Shown: one piece after another, positions 10,574-20,577 of the stretch
Position numbering within the stretch: the stretch's first letter is position 1
Layout: each line of letters begins with the position of its first letter
From: a virus
Reading direction: 5' to 3' (one strand)
Length of the DNA: 64,000 nucleotides
Virus record (IMG/VR): IMGVR_UViG_3300032308_002246
Span: 64,001-128,000 of that record
Position numbers and translations under genes: made by a program
The notes under the pieces: model-generated
The model's database searches: none
The model's input: only the letters and a program-made list of their open reading frames with translations
What the model was told of the DNA's origin: nothing

Positions 10574-10991
10574 TGTCTTGACTCTCCAAATTCTTGATTT
10601 CTTCTAAAGCTTTATTTATTTTTTCAAGTGCAGAATCACCAAGCAAAAGCGATTCACCAACATTTATTTTTTTATCTTTAGCCTCAAAGTAGTCGTTCTT
10701 TTCTTTCATTAATCTGTTTGCTTCAATTGAGTTGATTATCTTTTTTGCTGTATCAGATGAATTTTTGTAAACCTCGCTACTTAAGAGATTTTTTATTCTC
10801 TCCCTTGTCGAGTCTGCCGGCTGCCAGTTGTTTGAAAATCTGTCAACAATTCCTATTTTTTCATCAAACTGCCCATGCTGGACCGAACCATCAAATCCAC
10901 TTTGCTCAATCAACTCCTTAATTGGAGTCTTTTTAATTCTGTCAAGCAATTCGACGAAGTCTTTGTCTGCATTTTTACCAGTGTCTTCCAT
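10566..10991 (-). CDS. Hypothetical protein (likely start MEDTGK at 10991)
   Basis: Part of track ORF 10566..11027; the ATG lies directly after the stop of the upstream gene. Confidence 0.6.
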   Translation of the reverse strand: MEDTGKNADKDFVELLDRIKKTPIKELIEQSGFDGSVQHGQFDEKIGIVDRFSNNWQPADSTRERIKNLLSSEVYKNSSDTAKKIINSIEANRLMKEKNDYFEAKDKKINVGESLLLGDSALEKINKALEEIKNLESQDNE

Positions 10992-10992
10992 G

Positions 10993-13900
10993 TTACATCC
11001 CTTCGCCGTTTCCGGTAGCCCATTCAATCATTCTTGAGTGAAGTCTATCAAGAAGGTCTTTCTCCTGTTCTGAGAACTGCGAAAGACCACCAGCATCCTC
11101 GAGCGTCTTTGCAACATGCAACTCTGCGTACCCTTCTGCGTTTGATGCAACATAGTTTTTTGCTGGCTTTGTGCCTGGATAGTATGCCGGCCCTGCATAA
11201 ATGGATATGTAAGGCAAAAGTGCAGAGATTGCACTAATTTCATCATCTGAAAAGTTTTTCCATCCATTGTTGTTTTGTTTATTCATCAGCTCGTTCACAT
11301 ACATCAACAATCTCTGATAAAGAGCATCATCATTTACTTTTTCAATTACGGACGCAACATATTTGGCTTTGTCAAACTTTCCATTTTGGTCAAACCAGCT
11401 GTTTTTTCCGTATACATTTCCTGCAAAATTCTGCATAAACTCGTCAACTGCATTTTTATTCCCGTTTAGGATATCAGTCAAGAGATAATGCATTCTGTCA
11501 AAAGCAAATGTTTGGTTGTTTAGCCACTTTAAAATTGGAACTAGGTTCTGCAGTTTGTTTTGGAATGCTTCCATCATCAGTTGTGCTTGGACAAGCTGAT
11601 TATCCATTATTTCTAAAGTTTCTTTCATTGACTGAAGCTTTTCAAGTGCATCGTCTTGACTTGGTGCCATTATCGAATTCAAAATTGAATTTATTACAGA
11701 TTCAAGACCTGCTCCAGAGTTCAGAGCCTCGTCAATGCCGCTTCTTATATCCAGCTCGCCAACACCAGACATTGATGAAGAAACGGTTTCCTCAAAGGCT
11801 TTTATACTTGCCGCAAGCTCGTTTCTTTGTTCAATCATTTGCGGGATGTCTTGCAACATTCTCTCGTGGGATATCTTTGACTGAATGGCGTCCATAACTT
11901 GTTCAACAACAAATTTTGTAGCGTACATATCTGCAATATCATTCACGAATGGTGAGCTCATCCCAGATTCAATCGCCGAAAGTTCAGCTACTGCAAGCCT
12001 AAATTCTCTTGCTGAATTGAGTCCATTTCCAGAGTTTTTGTTTGCCGCATTTGGAGAATTGCGCCAATCTCCAACACCATCAAGCAAATGTCCAAATTCA
12101 TGAACTCCAACCAAGAATGTAGAAACTTTCAACATTTCGTCAAAACCCTCAATTGCTTTGTTCGTTGCATTTGAGACTATTTGGTTTCTTAGTGCTGGTT
12201 TTTGTTTTGCAAGATTCATTGCTTCTTCGTAGTTATTTGCTATTTCTTGCGAAAGCTGAGATACGGCAGTTGTAATTGTCGTATCCATAATCCCACCGGA
12301 CGAAGCTCTCTTGTTGGTCGCCATTTCAAGCATTTCGTTTATTACGGCATCAACAACTCCGTTTGGAATTTCTTCAAGCTGTAATGAAATAGGTCCAATT
12401 CCAGGAACGAAGAATTCTGGATTCTTCCCCTGATTGTAAGGTATTGATGGGAGCGAAAGCTGTATTGACTTACTGGCTCGACGAAGCTTTGGGTTTATTG
12501 ATACGCCGACTTGGGTCATGTCGTCTAACCCAACTTGAGATACAAGAACACGACCCTCTAGGCCGGGCAGTGATGGATTCTGTCTAATACCCTGAGCCCC
12601 AAGGCCAGCCCTGTTTAGTGTGAACTCCATGAATGTTGGGAGTATTCCAGTTGTCCCTCCTGGAGCGTTTGCAGCTGGTTGGTCGGGCATGTTCAGTGAG
12701 TTAAAGTCCAAAAATACGTCTTTAAATGCTGCCGGATATTCAATTAGGTGATGCATCAATGCGTAGTATGCGCCAAGTTCAGCTGGAGATATAGGAGTGT
12801 CTGGTCCGGAGTATCTTCCGCCAAGAACCTCTTGCAGGGCACCCATTGACGAAAGCACAAAATAGGACGGGGAAACCTCAGTGTTTATCCCAGCATTATT
12901 CATCGTCTCAACAATTGTTTCAATATTTTGAATTGCGTGCCTAATTTTTTTAGGTTTTCCTGGGAAAAATGAATCGACTTTTGCTTCTATCTCATTAATT
13001 TTTTGCCTTAGACCGTTAATATCGTAGAGCCAATCGTTTTCGGTTGGTCTTGGAAGTGGATAGTTCTCAATTTTCCCAAGTGGCCCAGCTGCGTTTTCTC
13101 TCTCAGATGCAATTGTGGATATTGATTGAACAGCCGAGATTCTTTTTTCTGGTTTTTGTTTTTTTAACTTATTTCTTCTTGTGCGTCTATTTTCTATGTT
13201 TGGAGAAAATGAATCCCGCGCTGCTGTATTGGTAGCTGCACGTATTGCCCCAACTGGCGAGCTAGGTCGTTCGTGTATTGTTGCATCCTGAACGCTTCCG
13301 TCGTTATCGCCATCATATGCATTTGCTCTAAATGGCTCAATTCTTCTGCCACGTGATGAACCGATTGGACTTCCAAGTGCTTTTATAGATGACTTGCCTA
13401 CAAAACTTGATATTGATTTTGCTTTAACATTGTTATAGTTATGGAACTTGCTAGGTGCAAGAATCAGGGCCGTATTTCTGACATTTACATTAAGGTGCTT
13501 GAAGTCGTAGGCGTTACTATTCCCTGGGTTCATAAAAGCTTGCTGCACGCGTTCTTCTCCAAGAAAAAGACCCAGTATGTCAATTATTTCACTTTCTGTG
13601 TAATTGGAAAAGTTTGTATTTTCTGATGAATTTAGCCATCTCTTTATTTGTTGAACTCCGTCTCCAGAGAAAACAAAAGCTCCTAATTCGGCCATCGCTT
13701 CATTTGTGCTGCTCTGTCCATATGAGGTTCCAAGTATGTTGTTTATAAGCGCCCATAGTTCTGGTGATGCAACAGCATCTCTAGGTATGGCTCTAAAAGA
13801 CGGGTCTTGTTGTCCAAATGCATTAATAAAAGCTTCGTACCACCAATCAAAATCACCATTTATTCCACGAGCACCCAATGCATCTTTTACGCTATCAAGA

Positions 13901-16239
13901 ACATCCTGTATTGCTCTTTTTGTAAAGCCTTTATTTTTGGCCCATCTCTCGTAAGCTTCTCTTAGTTGCTCTGAATTTGTGTAGTTTTCCATGTACCACT
14001 GCATGATTGTCGAAGCTTTTTCTATATCGTCCCTAGCCGCTCCAACCCTTAGGTCAAGATTTCTTAATTGTGCAGCAAGAATGCTGTCTGGATTGTACGA
14101 TGCAAGTGTGCGGAAATTTAGTGGCTGTCCACTTGAGAGTATTTCCTGCCATTGTTCCTTATCTATCCCAGCTATTGTTCTTATTCTGTTGTAGTAATCA
14201 TTTATATGGTTGAGCTCATGGTCCATCAAGTCCTGTATGAACTGTGATGTTGTTTTTGGTTTGCCATTTACAAAAAAATGGTCTCCTACCGAATTCATAA
14301 AATCCCATAAATTCTCTTCTTTAAAGAGGTCTGGATTTAAAACAAAAACACCATAAGCAGGTGGGTTTAGTTCAGACATTATTGCGCGCAGTGCTTTTGG
14401 ACTTTTTGTTTTCAATCTTTCTAGCTCAGTGTCAATATCGGAGGCAGAAATACCTGGATTCATACGTGAAATATAGTTAATCAATTGAGCATCAAGTATT
14501 TCTGATTCTGCAGATGTCAGAGTTCTGTTCCCAACAATTGATGCTCCTCCGGATGATATTCCAAAAGAATCTGCAAAGTTGTCTGGGTCAATAGCATCTG
14601 GATTTCTAAAAGGGTTTTTTGTCCCAGGTATCATTGCGTACATTAGGGTATTTGGCTTGTACTGGTCATCAGGGTCCAAAATTCCCTCTTGGTTTTTAAA
14701 TTCTTCACTTGAGCCCCAGTACATCCTTAGAGGTATTACTGAAACATCCTCCATTTCTGCAGATGTATCTTGGATATGTATTGAATACGCATCAAGAATA
14801 TCCATTATTGATTCTTCTAGAAGTTTTAGCCTTCTGTCGCTTATTGGGGTTTCTAGTTGTCTTTCAAGTGCTCTTCTTCTTGCTTCTCTTACTGCAGATT
14901 CAGAAACTCCACGGTTCATTAATTGCGAAACTTCTTGGTCGTATCCAAGTAATGTAACTTCAATATTTGTTAAAGGCCTAAAGCCACCAGCTCCATCCGG
15001 AACCACCAGCTGTTGCAGTGTTCCACCAATCATCACCGGAGATGCTTGTTCAAAAAATGTAGTGTCCAGCCTTATGTCGGGTAGGCCTTTTGCCCGACGT
15101 CTTGAATTTATTCTTTCTTCAAGGTCGGAAAGAGCTCGACGCGCAGTTTCAAGAGACTTGTCAAGTCCGCTTCCAGGCATACTTTTTTGAGCAATTTTTA
15201 AATTAGATTTTGCTTTTTCGTATCTAGCTCTTTTGCGGGCTTGTCTTTCTTTTATGTTTGTGCGAGGTATCAACCTTGTAAGACTGCTTACAATTGGTGG
15301 AAACATCCTTCCAATTGCAGAAGACTCAGGCGCATCGGCTCCAGATGCGATAACCGAGCCGTCATCTGTAAATAGGCTTAATGTGTTCTTATCGTATCTA
15401 AGAGGCCTAATACTGCTTGGCATTGAATCAAAAACTGCTGACAATTTTCTAAACTTTGGAACTTCCGGAATTTTATCGTTGTTTAGTTTTGCAACAGCAG
15501 AGCCAACCGAGCCATCTGGTCCATCTGGTGAACCAGGTATATCGCAACCAATTCCAAAAATATTCGTAAATCTATTTGCCCCTGGATTTCCGGGGCCGCA
15601 TCTAAGTTTGTTCTTGCCGTCAAGATAAAGGCCTCTTGCGTTAGCCGCAAGGCCCAAAAGCGACTCGCTGAATTCTCTCAAGGAACGTCCGAGCAGTCCT
15701 TTTTCGGATTCGTTTTTTACCTTGCGCGGGTATTGCATTTTAAACTTGTCTGTTGGCAGTGGGAGATATTTGATTATGTCGTCTAGCTCTTCAAACCTCA
15801 TGTCGTCAATCGGAGTTCCACCTCCATAGTTGTGACACATTCTCATGGATAGACCAGGAGGCATGGCTGGAAGGTCGTCGCCAGGTTTCCATTGTTTGGC
15901 CCACTTAAAGAACTCTGACTCAGGATATGCAGGAACTTCTTTTTTGGGCTTTGATGCCTTAAAATTTATTTGCTTATCAGGTTGTCTCCACCAACTGTCA
16001 AGACTCTTGCCTCTGTATGCAATGATTGCATTTGTTGCCCACTCGGAGTTGTGCCCACCAAATTCTGTAATTGAAACAGATTTCAGTTGAATTTCGTCAG
16101 ATGCTTCAGCTTTCCTTAAATTTCCAGTAGTCGAGTTATAGACAAAACGCCCGCCACTAGGTGTTTGATACATGAATGAGTTGCCATTTTTTGCAACAAT
16201 TCTTGCATTTAGTGGAATGTTTTGGCTTTTGTCGCCCAT
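10993..16239 (-). CDS. Giant polyvalent-type protein (1748 aa) with two zincin metallopeptidase-like domains
   Basis: HELNH...NEAMAE and HEFGH...AEGYAE; also RCGPG..NRFTN..GC, DGDNDGSVQD..ERP and PxGx[IM] motifs. Confidence 0.8.
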   Translation of the reverse strand: MGDKSQNIPLNARIVAKNGNSFMYQTPSGGRFVYNSTTGNLRKAEASDEIQLKSVSITEFGGHNSEWATNAIIAYRGKSLDSWWRQPDKQINFKASKPKKEVPAYPESEFFKWAKQWKPGDDLPAMPPGLSMRMCHNYGGGTPIDDMRFEELDDIIKYLPLPTDKFKMQYPRKVKNESEKGLLGRSLREFSESLLGLAANARGLYLDGKNKLRCGPGNPGANRFTNIFGIGCDIPGSPDGPDGSVGSAVAKLNNDKIPEVPKFRKLSAVFDSMPSSIRPLRYDKNTLSLFTDDGSVIASGADAPESSAIGRMFPPIVSSLTRLIPRTNIKERQARKRARYEKAKSNLKIAQKSMPGSGLDKSLETARRALSDLEERINSRRRAKGLPDIRLDTTFFEQASPVMIGGTLQQLVVPDGAGGFRPLTNIEVTLLGYDQEVSQLMNRGVSESAVREARRRALERQLETPISDRRLKLLEESIMDILDAYSIHIQDTSAEMEDVSVIPLRMYWGSSEEFKNQEGILDPDDQYKPNTLMYAMIPGTKNPFRNPDAIDPDNFADSFGISSGGASIVGNRTLTSAESEILDAQLINYISRMNPGISASDIDTELERLKTKSPKALRAIMSELNPPAYGVFVLNPDLFKEENLWDFMNSVGDHFFVNGKPKTTSQFIQDLMDHELNHINDYYNRIRTIAGIDKEQWQEILSSGQPLNFRTLASYNPDSILAAQLRNLDLRVGAARDDIEKASTIMQWYMENYTNSEQLREAYERWAKNKGFTKRAIQDVLDSVKDALGARGINGDFDWWYEAFINAFGQQDPSFRAIPRDAVASPELWALINNILGTSYGQSSTNEAMAELGAFVFSGDGVQQIKRWLNSSENTNFSNYTESEIIDILGLFLGEERVQQAFMNPGNSNAYDFKHLNVNVRNTALILAPSKFHNYNNVKAKSISSFVGKSSIKALGSPIGSSRGRRIEPFRANAYDGDNDGSVQDATIHERPSSPVGAIRAATNTAARDSFSPNIENRRTRRNKLKKQKPEKRISAVQSISTIASERENAAGPLGKIENYPLPRPTENDWLYDINGLRQKINEIEAKVDSFFPGKPKKIRHAIQNIETIVETMNNAGINTEVSPSYFVLSSMGALQEVLGGRYSGPDTPISPAELGAYYALMHHLIEYPAAFKDVFLDFNSLNMPDQPAANAPGGTTGILPTFMEFTLNRAGLGAQGIRQNPSLPGLEGRVLVSQVGLDDMTQVGVSINPKLRRASKSIQLSLPSIPYNQGKNPEFFVPGIGPISLQLEEIPNGVVDAVINEMLEMATNKRASSGGIMDTTITTAVSQLSQEIANNYEEAMNLAKQKPALRNQIVSNATNKAIEGFDEMLKVSTFLVGVHEFGHLLDGVGDWRNSPNAANKNSGNGLNSAREFRLAVAELSAIESGMSSPFVNDIADMYATKFVVEQVMDAIQSKISHERMLQDIPQMIEQRNELAASIKAFEETVSSSMSGVGELDIRSGIDEALNSGAGLESVINSILNSIMAPSQDDALEKLQSMKETLEIMDNQLVQAQLMMEAFQNKLQNLVPILKWLNNQTFAFDRMHYLLTDILNGNKNAVDEFMQNFAGNVYGKNSWFDQNGKFDKAKYVASVIEKVNDDALYQRLLMYVNELMNKQNNNGWKNFSDDEISAISALLPYISIYAGPAYYPGTKPAKNYVASNAEGYAELHVAKTLEDAGGLSQFSEQEKDLLDRLHSRMIEWATGNGEGM

Positions 16240-16307
16240 GGTGGGTCTTTCTTTAATCTTTGTGATTGCGAGTTATTTGTATGTAAATTATAGACTTATT
16301 ATGATAA

Positions 16308-18866
16308 TTACTGCGAAGGAGACTCTTCGTAGCCGTCAATAATTGAACCAATTCTTGATGTAAGTTTTTCCCCTGTTGTCGACCAACTGTATGTCTTATT
16401 ATTTTTAAAATCTGTATATGTGTAACCAAATGGATTTGAGCGAATACTTGGGTCGTCAATGTTTTTGTCAACTTCAAGCGTTTTCATTACAAGGTCGTAT
16501 CCGGCGGCCCGTATTTTCTTCCTTGTTTTTTCTGAACTTTCGGCAATGTTTTCAGATAGTAGTCTGAGCATTTTTACAGCATTTTCTCTGTTTAGTGAGA
16601 TTCTGTTTGACAAGTAACCATTGTTTATCAACCCAAAATCATTTGCCATAAAAGCAAATCCAAACCAGTCTCGCATCTCTGTGTCAGTCATTGGGCCTTC
16701 TGGGACTCCGTCTGAGCCGTTACTCAAAACACCTGACCCAAGAAGCGAGTTGACCTTGTGAACTGGGTTTGAAAGAGACCCTTTTCCTCCGGAAATTTGC
16801 TCCCACAAAGGCACTCCTGTAGTTTCTGATAGATATCCAGGAAAATTGTTTTCCAATGTTTTGTTGGACATTGAACCAATCGGACCAGGCTCAATAAAAG
16901 GTGCAACGCCGGTTTTTGATTTTGAACCACTAAAGCTGACTTGTCTTTCCTCTAGAAGCTTGAAGAAGTTTTTTAAGTCTTCATAAGCAGGGAACGCTTG
17001 TGCATAGTCTGAATCCTTGCCCAATCTTTCAATCATTTGCTCAGCAACAGATTCTCTTTCGTCTTGCGAGATAGACCAAAGTAGCGGTGGATTTTGTCCT
17101 ATTTCAATTTTCCACCCATCAAGAGTTGATGTTATCTTTACACCGTTGTTTTTGCTGATTTTTTTGTTTGAACCGCTAAAGTAATTTTCAAAATTGTTAT
17201 AATTTATTAGTTCTTCATCTACGCCATTTATCCCCATGAAGTAGATGCCGGCTCTGCGCATATCAAAGGCCTTATATTGTTCTTTTGCTGGATTTTTGCT
17301 ATCGCCCTTTAAGACCAACATCATGTAGTCAGCCGGTGTTCTGCCCAATAGTCCATACCCAGTTTTTTCTAGCAGTTCATTTTTTTTGAAGTTTTCATCA
17401 AGATGATTTTCAATTAATGGCTGTATGTCATTAGCCATTAACCAAAAATCAAACCAGTCAACTGGCTCTCCGTCAGTAAAACTGCTAAATCCAAACACAT
17501 CGCCGTATTGATTGTTTTTCAAAGACTGTCCGTCAGCGTCTGCTCCCTTTGGGCTAGATGAAATCCAGGAATGAAGTGGGTTTGCCGAAATTGATGTTCC
17601 AAATTTTTTTCTTTGGTTCACAACTCCATTTGCAAGGTCGGTATTAAGAAGTTGGTTCAAAGATGAAATTTTGCCAACAGGACTATTTTGTTCTTGTATT
17701 TCGTACTTGAGTTGCTTTATGTTATTTACGTCTCCAGGGTTATCCCAGTAGTCATTGTGGTTAAACTTAATCCCACCATCCGCCAGTGATTGCTGCATAA
17801 GCAATAGGGATTCAAACTCTTTTTTCAGTCCTAGAATTTGGGCGGACCTCGTCATCTTCCATATTCTCGTGGGGTAGGCCAACCAAGGGTCTTGTCCAGC
17901 ATCCCAATTTATGTCTTCAATATACGTGGATGTTTCCACATCCCATCCAAGGGCAAGAGCATTTATTTTTATTGCCTCTGCGACATTTTTCAAAAACCTT
18001 CTATTTTTTTTGAGTCTTTTCAGCGGCTTTCCAGCGATATTGTATTTTTCTCCATAAGCACCACTGCCTCTATCGATTGGGAACATCCACCAGTCGTAGT
18101 GGTCGTTATGTATTTTGCTCCATTGAGAAGAATCTGCTAGCTGTCTGTGTTTGGCTAGTTCAAGGGCTTGGTGGGTTATTACAAACCTGTCACCACCGTA
18201 TGGGGTTGTGTTTATAAATCTTGCTCTTGGAATTGTGCTTTTAGGCAGTATCGAAGACGGTCTTTGGTAATTTGAAAGTATGTCTGACTGTGGTTCAAAG
18301 TCTTCCTGGCTATCCATGGTTTCGTAAAAGTTTGGGGGAGGAAACTCGTACGACTCTTCAAAGTTTGGGTCTAGACCAGCATCCTCAAGATATGCACGCC
18401 AGGCATCGTTGTAGTCAATCTCAAGTTCTTCTTCTTCAAAATCAGTCAAGTTATTTCCAACTTCAAGAGAACTCATATCGTCAAATTCAAAATCGTCAAA
18501 TAGTTCATCTTGCCCAAAAAGCGATGGTTGAGATTGGTCGTCTATATCAAACTCGGCATCAGCTACTGGTTCATCTTTTGAAACTGCACGGTTTACAAAA
18601 TCTCTAGCTTTTCTTCTTTTTGACCTATTGTTCTCCATCTGCCCGACTGGACCGCCTGGGGTTGGGTCAATCACTCCACGTCCACGATTTATGAACGGAA
18701 CACCCTCAAGAACATAGGGGTCGTTGTCTGCGTTTCGTGCAGTACTTGGGTCAAGATTTCTTCCAGCAGAACCTATGGGCATGCCAATAGCTTTAACGCC
18801 TAAGTTGGCATTAATTTTTCTATTTGCTCTGTTTCCAGATTCTCTGATTTCAGTTGGTTCGGCCAT
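16308..18866 (-). CDS. Putative virion-internal protein (852 aa) with an OGFr_N-like domain
   Basis: N-terminal KAIG...NADND..VLEG...DPTPG motif; acidic linker; HYDWWMFP...PTRIWKMTRSAQILG resembles OGFr_N; three PxGx[MI] motifs. Confidence 0.7.
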   Translation of the reverse strand: MAEPTEIRESGNRANRKINANLGVKAIGMPIGSAGRNLDPSTARNADNDPYVLEGVPFINRGRGVIDPTPGGPVGQMENNRSKRRKARDFVNRAVSKDEPVADAEFDIDDQSQPSLFGQDELFDDFEFDDMSSLEVGNNLTDFEEEELEIDYNDAWRAYLEDAGLDPNFEESYEFPPPNFYETMDSQEDFEPQSDILSNYQRPSSILPKSTIPRARFINTTPYGGDRFVITHQALELAKHRQLADSSQWSKIHNDHYDWWMFPIDRGSGAYGEKYNIAGKPLKRLKKNRRFLKNVAEAIKINALALGWDVETSTYIEDINWDAGQDPWLAYPTRIWKMTRSAQILGLKKEFESLLLMQQSLADGGIKFNHNDYWDNPGDVNNIKQLKYEIQEQNSPVGKISSLNQLLNTDLANGVVNQRKKFGTSISANPLHSWISSSPKGADADGQSLKNNQYGDVFGFSSFTDGEPVDWFDFWLMANDIQPLIENHLDENFKKNELLEKTGYGLLGRTPADYMMLVLKGDSKNPAKEQYKAFDMRRAGIYFMGINGVDEELINYNNFENYFSGSNKKISKNNGVKITSTLDGWKIEIGQNPPLLWSISQDERESVAEQMIERLGKDSDYAQAFPAYEDLKNFFKLLEERQVSFSGSKSKTGVAPFIEPGPIGSMSNKTLENNFPGYLSETTGVPLWEQISGGKGSLSNPVHKVNSLLGSGVLSNGSDGVPEGPMTDTEMRDWFGFAFMANDFGLINNGYLSNRISLNRENAVKMLRLLSENIAESSEKTRKKIRAAGYDLVMKTLEVDKNIDDPSIRSNPFGYTYTDFKNNKTYSWSTTGEKLTSRIGSIIDGYEESPSQ

Positions 18867-18880
18867 GCCGCACCACCGAA

Positions 18881-20380
18881 CTAGTTGAGCTCTGTTTGAG
18901 GCTTTGATTCGTCTTGGCTGTTAGAAAAACCCTCTTCAGCCGCAATCATTTCAAACTCAAGAAGCGTTGAAAGGAAATTATCTGCTGCAGACTTTTCTCC
19001 AGTTTCAAATCTCTTTTTAGTTTCTTCATCAACCCAGCCATCTGGAATGATATTTTCAAGACCCAGTGCCATTGCTCTTTTCATGATATGCATCTTTGCA
19101 ACATCACTCTTTGAGCGTTCCCATGCCATGATTGCATTTCTTAGGTCCATCTCGTTAGCAATTGGGAACTTACCGTCTTCCATTGCTTCGCCAGACTCTG
19201 ACATTTCTTTCTTTTGAATGTCGCTATAAGAACGCTTCAGAGCAATTTCAGCAGCTTCGGCTTCGATTGCGAGAGCTTCGTCTTGAGTGTACTCGTCGTA
19301 CCCAAGAACATCGCCATCAAGCGAAACGAACACATCGTAGGACTTTCCGTCAATGCCTTCAATTTCTACTGCGTATGCGTCAAAGCCCTCAAAAATGTCT
19401 GCTTCAACAGCTACAACATCGCCCTGAATGCTCTTTGTTGCGATACCGGCAGCTTCGCTAAATGAAATTAGATTTGTTGGCTGAAAACCAGATTTAACCT
19501 GCAGAACTTCTTCGTTCAACATGTGCCAGCCCATAACTTCGCCGGTTGAACCGTCAAAGAAGATTTCAATTGGCTTTCCGTCTTTTCTTTCAACATCAAC
19601 AACAAACATATCAGCGACATCTGAATAGCCAGAATCAAGAACCTTGCCGCTAAACATGTCTTCAGCTCTACCTTCAATTTCAAGTAAAGCTGGCATGTCG
19701 CCTTCTTTAACACAGCCGCCTGGGCAGTTGTCGCAAATTCCAGATGCACCTGGATAAACCTTACGCTCAATTGCGCATACGAATACATCAGAGCCAAAGT
19801 CTTCAGACTTATAACCCATGCTTCTTAGTCTTCTGTTCTCCATCATCTGACGATTTGGTATTTCGTCTTCTTGCTCTGGCATTTCTTCATCAAGCTCTTC
19901 TTCTTCAACGAGCTCTTCTTCTGCCATCGGAGCCATCTGTCTTTTTCTTTTTGGAGCCGAACGCATGGCGAGCATTTCATCCATGTCGTCGTCCATCTCC
20001 GTTTCGTCGTCTTCAATGTCCATGTCCTCTTCGTCCATGTCCATTTCTTCGTCGTCCATTTCTTCTTCGTCATCTTCTTGGACGTCGTGTTCTTCATCTT
20101 GGTAGACATCGCCATAAGCTCTCATGGCTGCCTTTTCTTCTGCCATTTCCATTTCCATCATTGGCTTCTTTTTCTTTTTTGGCATTGGGGCAGGCATGTC
20201 TTCATCCATTTCCATGACTGCATCGTCCATCATCTTCATGGAAACAGCCATAGCTCCGCATTTGCCACAGACCTTGTCTCCAGCTTTATAACCACACTCG
20301 GAAGAATCAAGACCTTTTGCACACTGAACAAGTTCTCCGTCAGCATCAATTTTTACCATAGGACCGTCACCCATTGCCAT
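18881..20380 (-). CDS. Acidic head protein (possible scaffold): Cys clusters, D/E/M-rich tract, two PepSY-like repeats, DUF6582-like C-terminus
   Basis: ISFSEAAGIA..IQGDVVAVE...AYAVEIEGIDGKSYDVFVSLDGDVLG is PepSY-like; GEAMEDGKFPIANEMDLRNAI is DUF6582-like. Confidence 0.7.
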   Translation of the reverse strand: MAMGDGPMVKIDADGELVQCAKGLDSSECGYKAGDKVCGKCGAMAVSMKMMDDAVMEMDEDMPAPMPKKKKKPMMEMEMAEEKAAMRAYGDVYQDEEHDVQEDDEEEMDDEEMDMDEEDMDIEDDETEMDDDMDEMLAMRSAPKRKRQMAPMAEEELVEEEELDEEMPEQEDEIPNRQMMENRRLRSMGYKSEDFGSDVFVCAIERKVYPGASGICDNCPGGCVKEGDMPALLEIEGRAEDMFSGKVLDSGYSDVADMFVVDVERKDGKPIEIFFDGSTGEVMGWHMLNEEVLQVKSGFQPTNLISFSEAAGIATKSIQGDVVAVEADIFEGFDAYAVEIEGIDGKSYDVFVSLDGDVLGYDEYTQDEALAIEAEAAEIALKRSYSDIQKKEMSESGEAMEDGKFPIANEMDLRNAIMAWERSKSDVAKMHIMKRAMALGLENIIPDGWVDEETKKRFETGEKSAADNFLSTLLEFEMIAAEEGFSNSQDESKPQTELN

Positions 20381-20573
20381 TTTTTTGCTCCTTGTATTGC
20401 ATGGTTGTCGAAAGACAACCCTTTGGGCTCATGCATCCACCACACGGAAACTGGCGCTTTTCGCCAGCAACAATGCACTGATACTTTGCCTTAGAACTGT
20501 TTTCTTTAGTAGGTTTAGCATAACCCATAACAGGGTTCTTGCGGTTGTACCCACTTTTTCTTTCTGTATTCAT
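20367..20573 (-). CDS. Small Cys-rich protein (68 aa)
   Basis: Fills the gap between co-oriented genes; CIVAGEKRQFPCGGCMSPKGC resembles a Cys cluster in the adjacent 499-aa protein. Confidence 0.55.
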   Translation of the reverse strand: MNTERKSGYNRKNPVMGYAKPTKENSSKAKYQCIVAGEKRQFPCGGCMSPKGCLSTTMQYKEQKNGNG

Positions 20574-20577
20574 AAAA

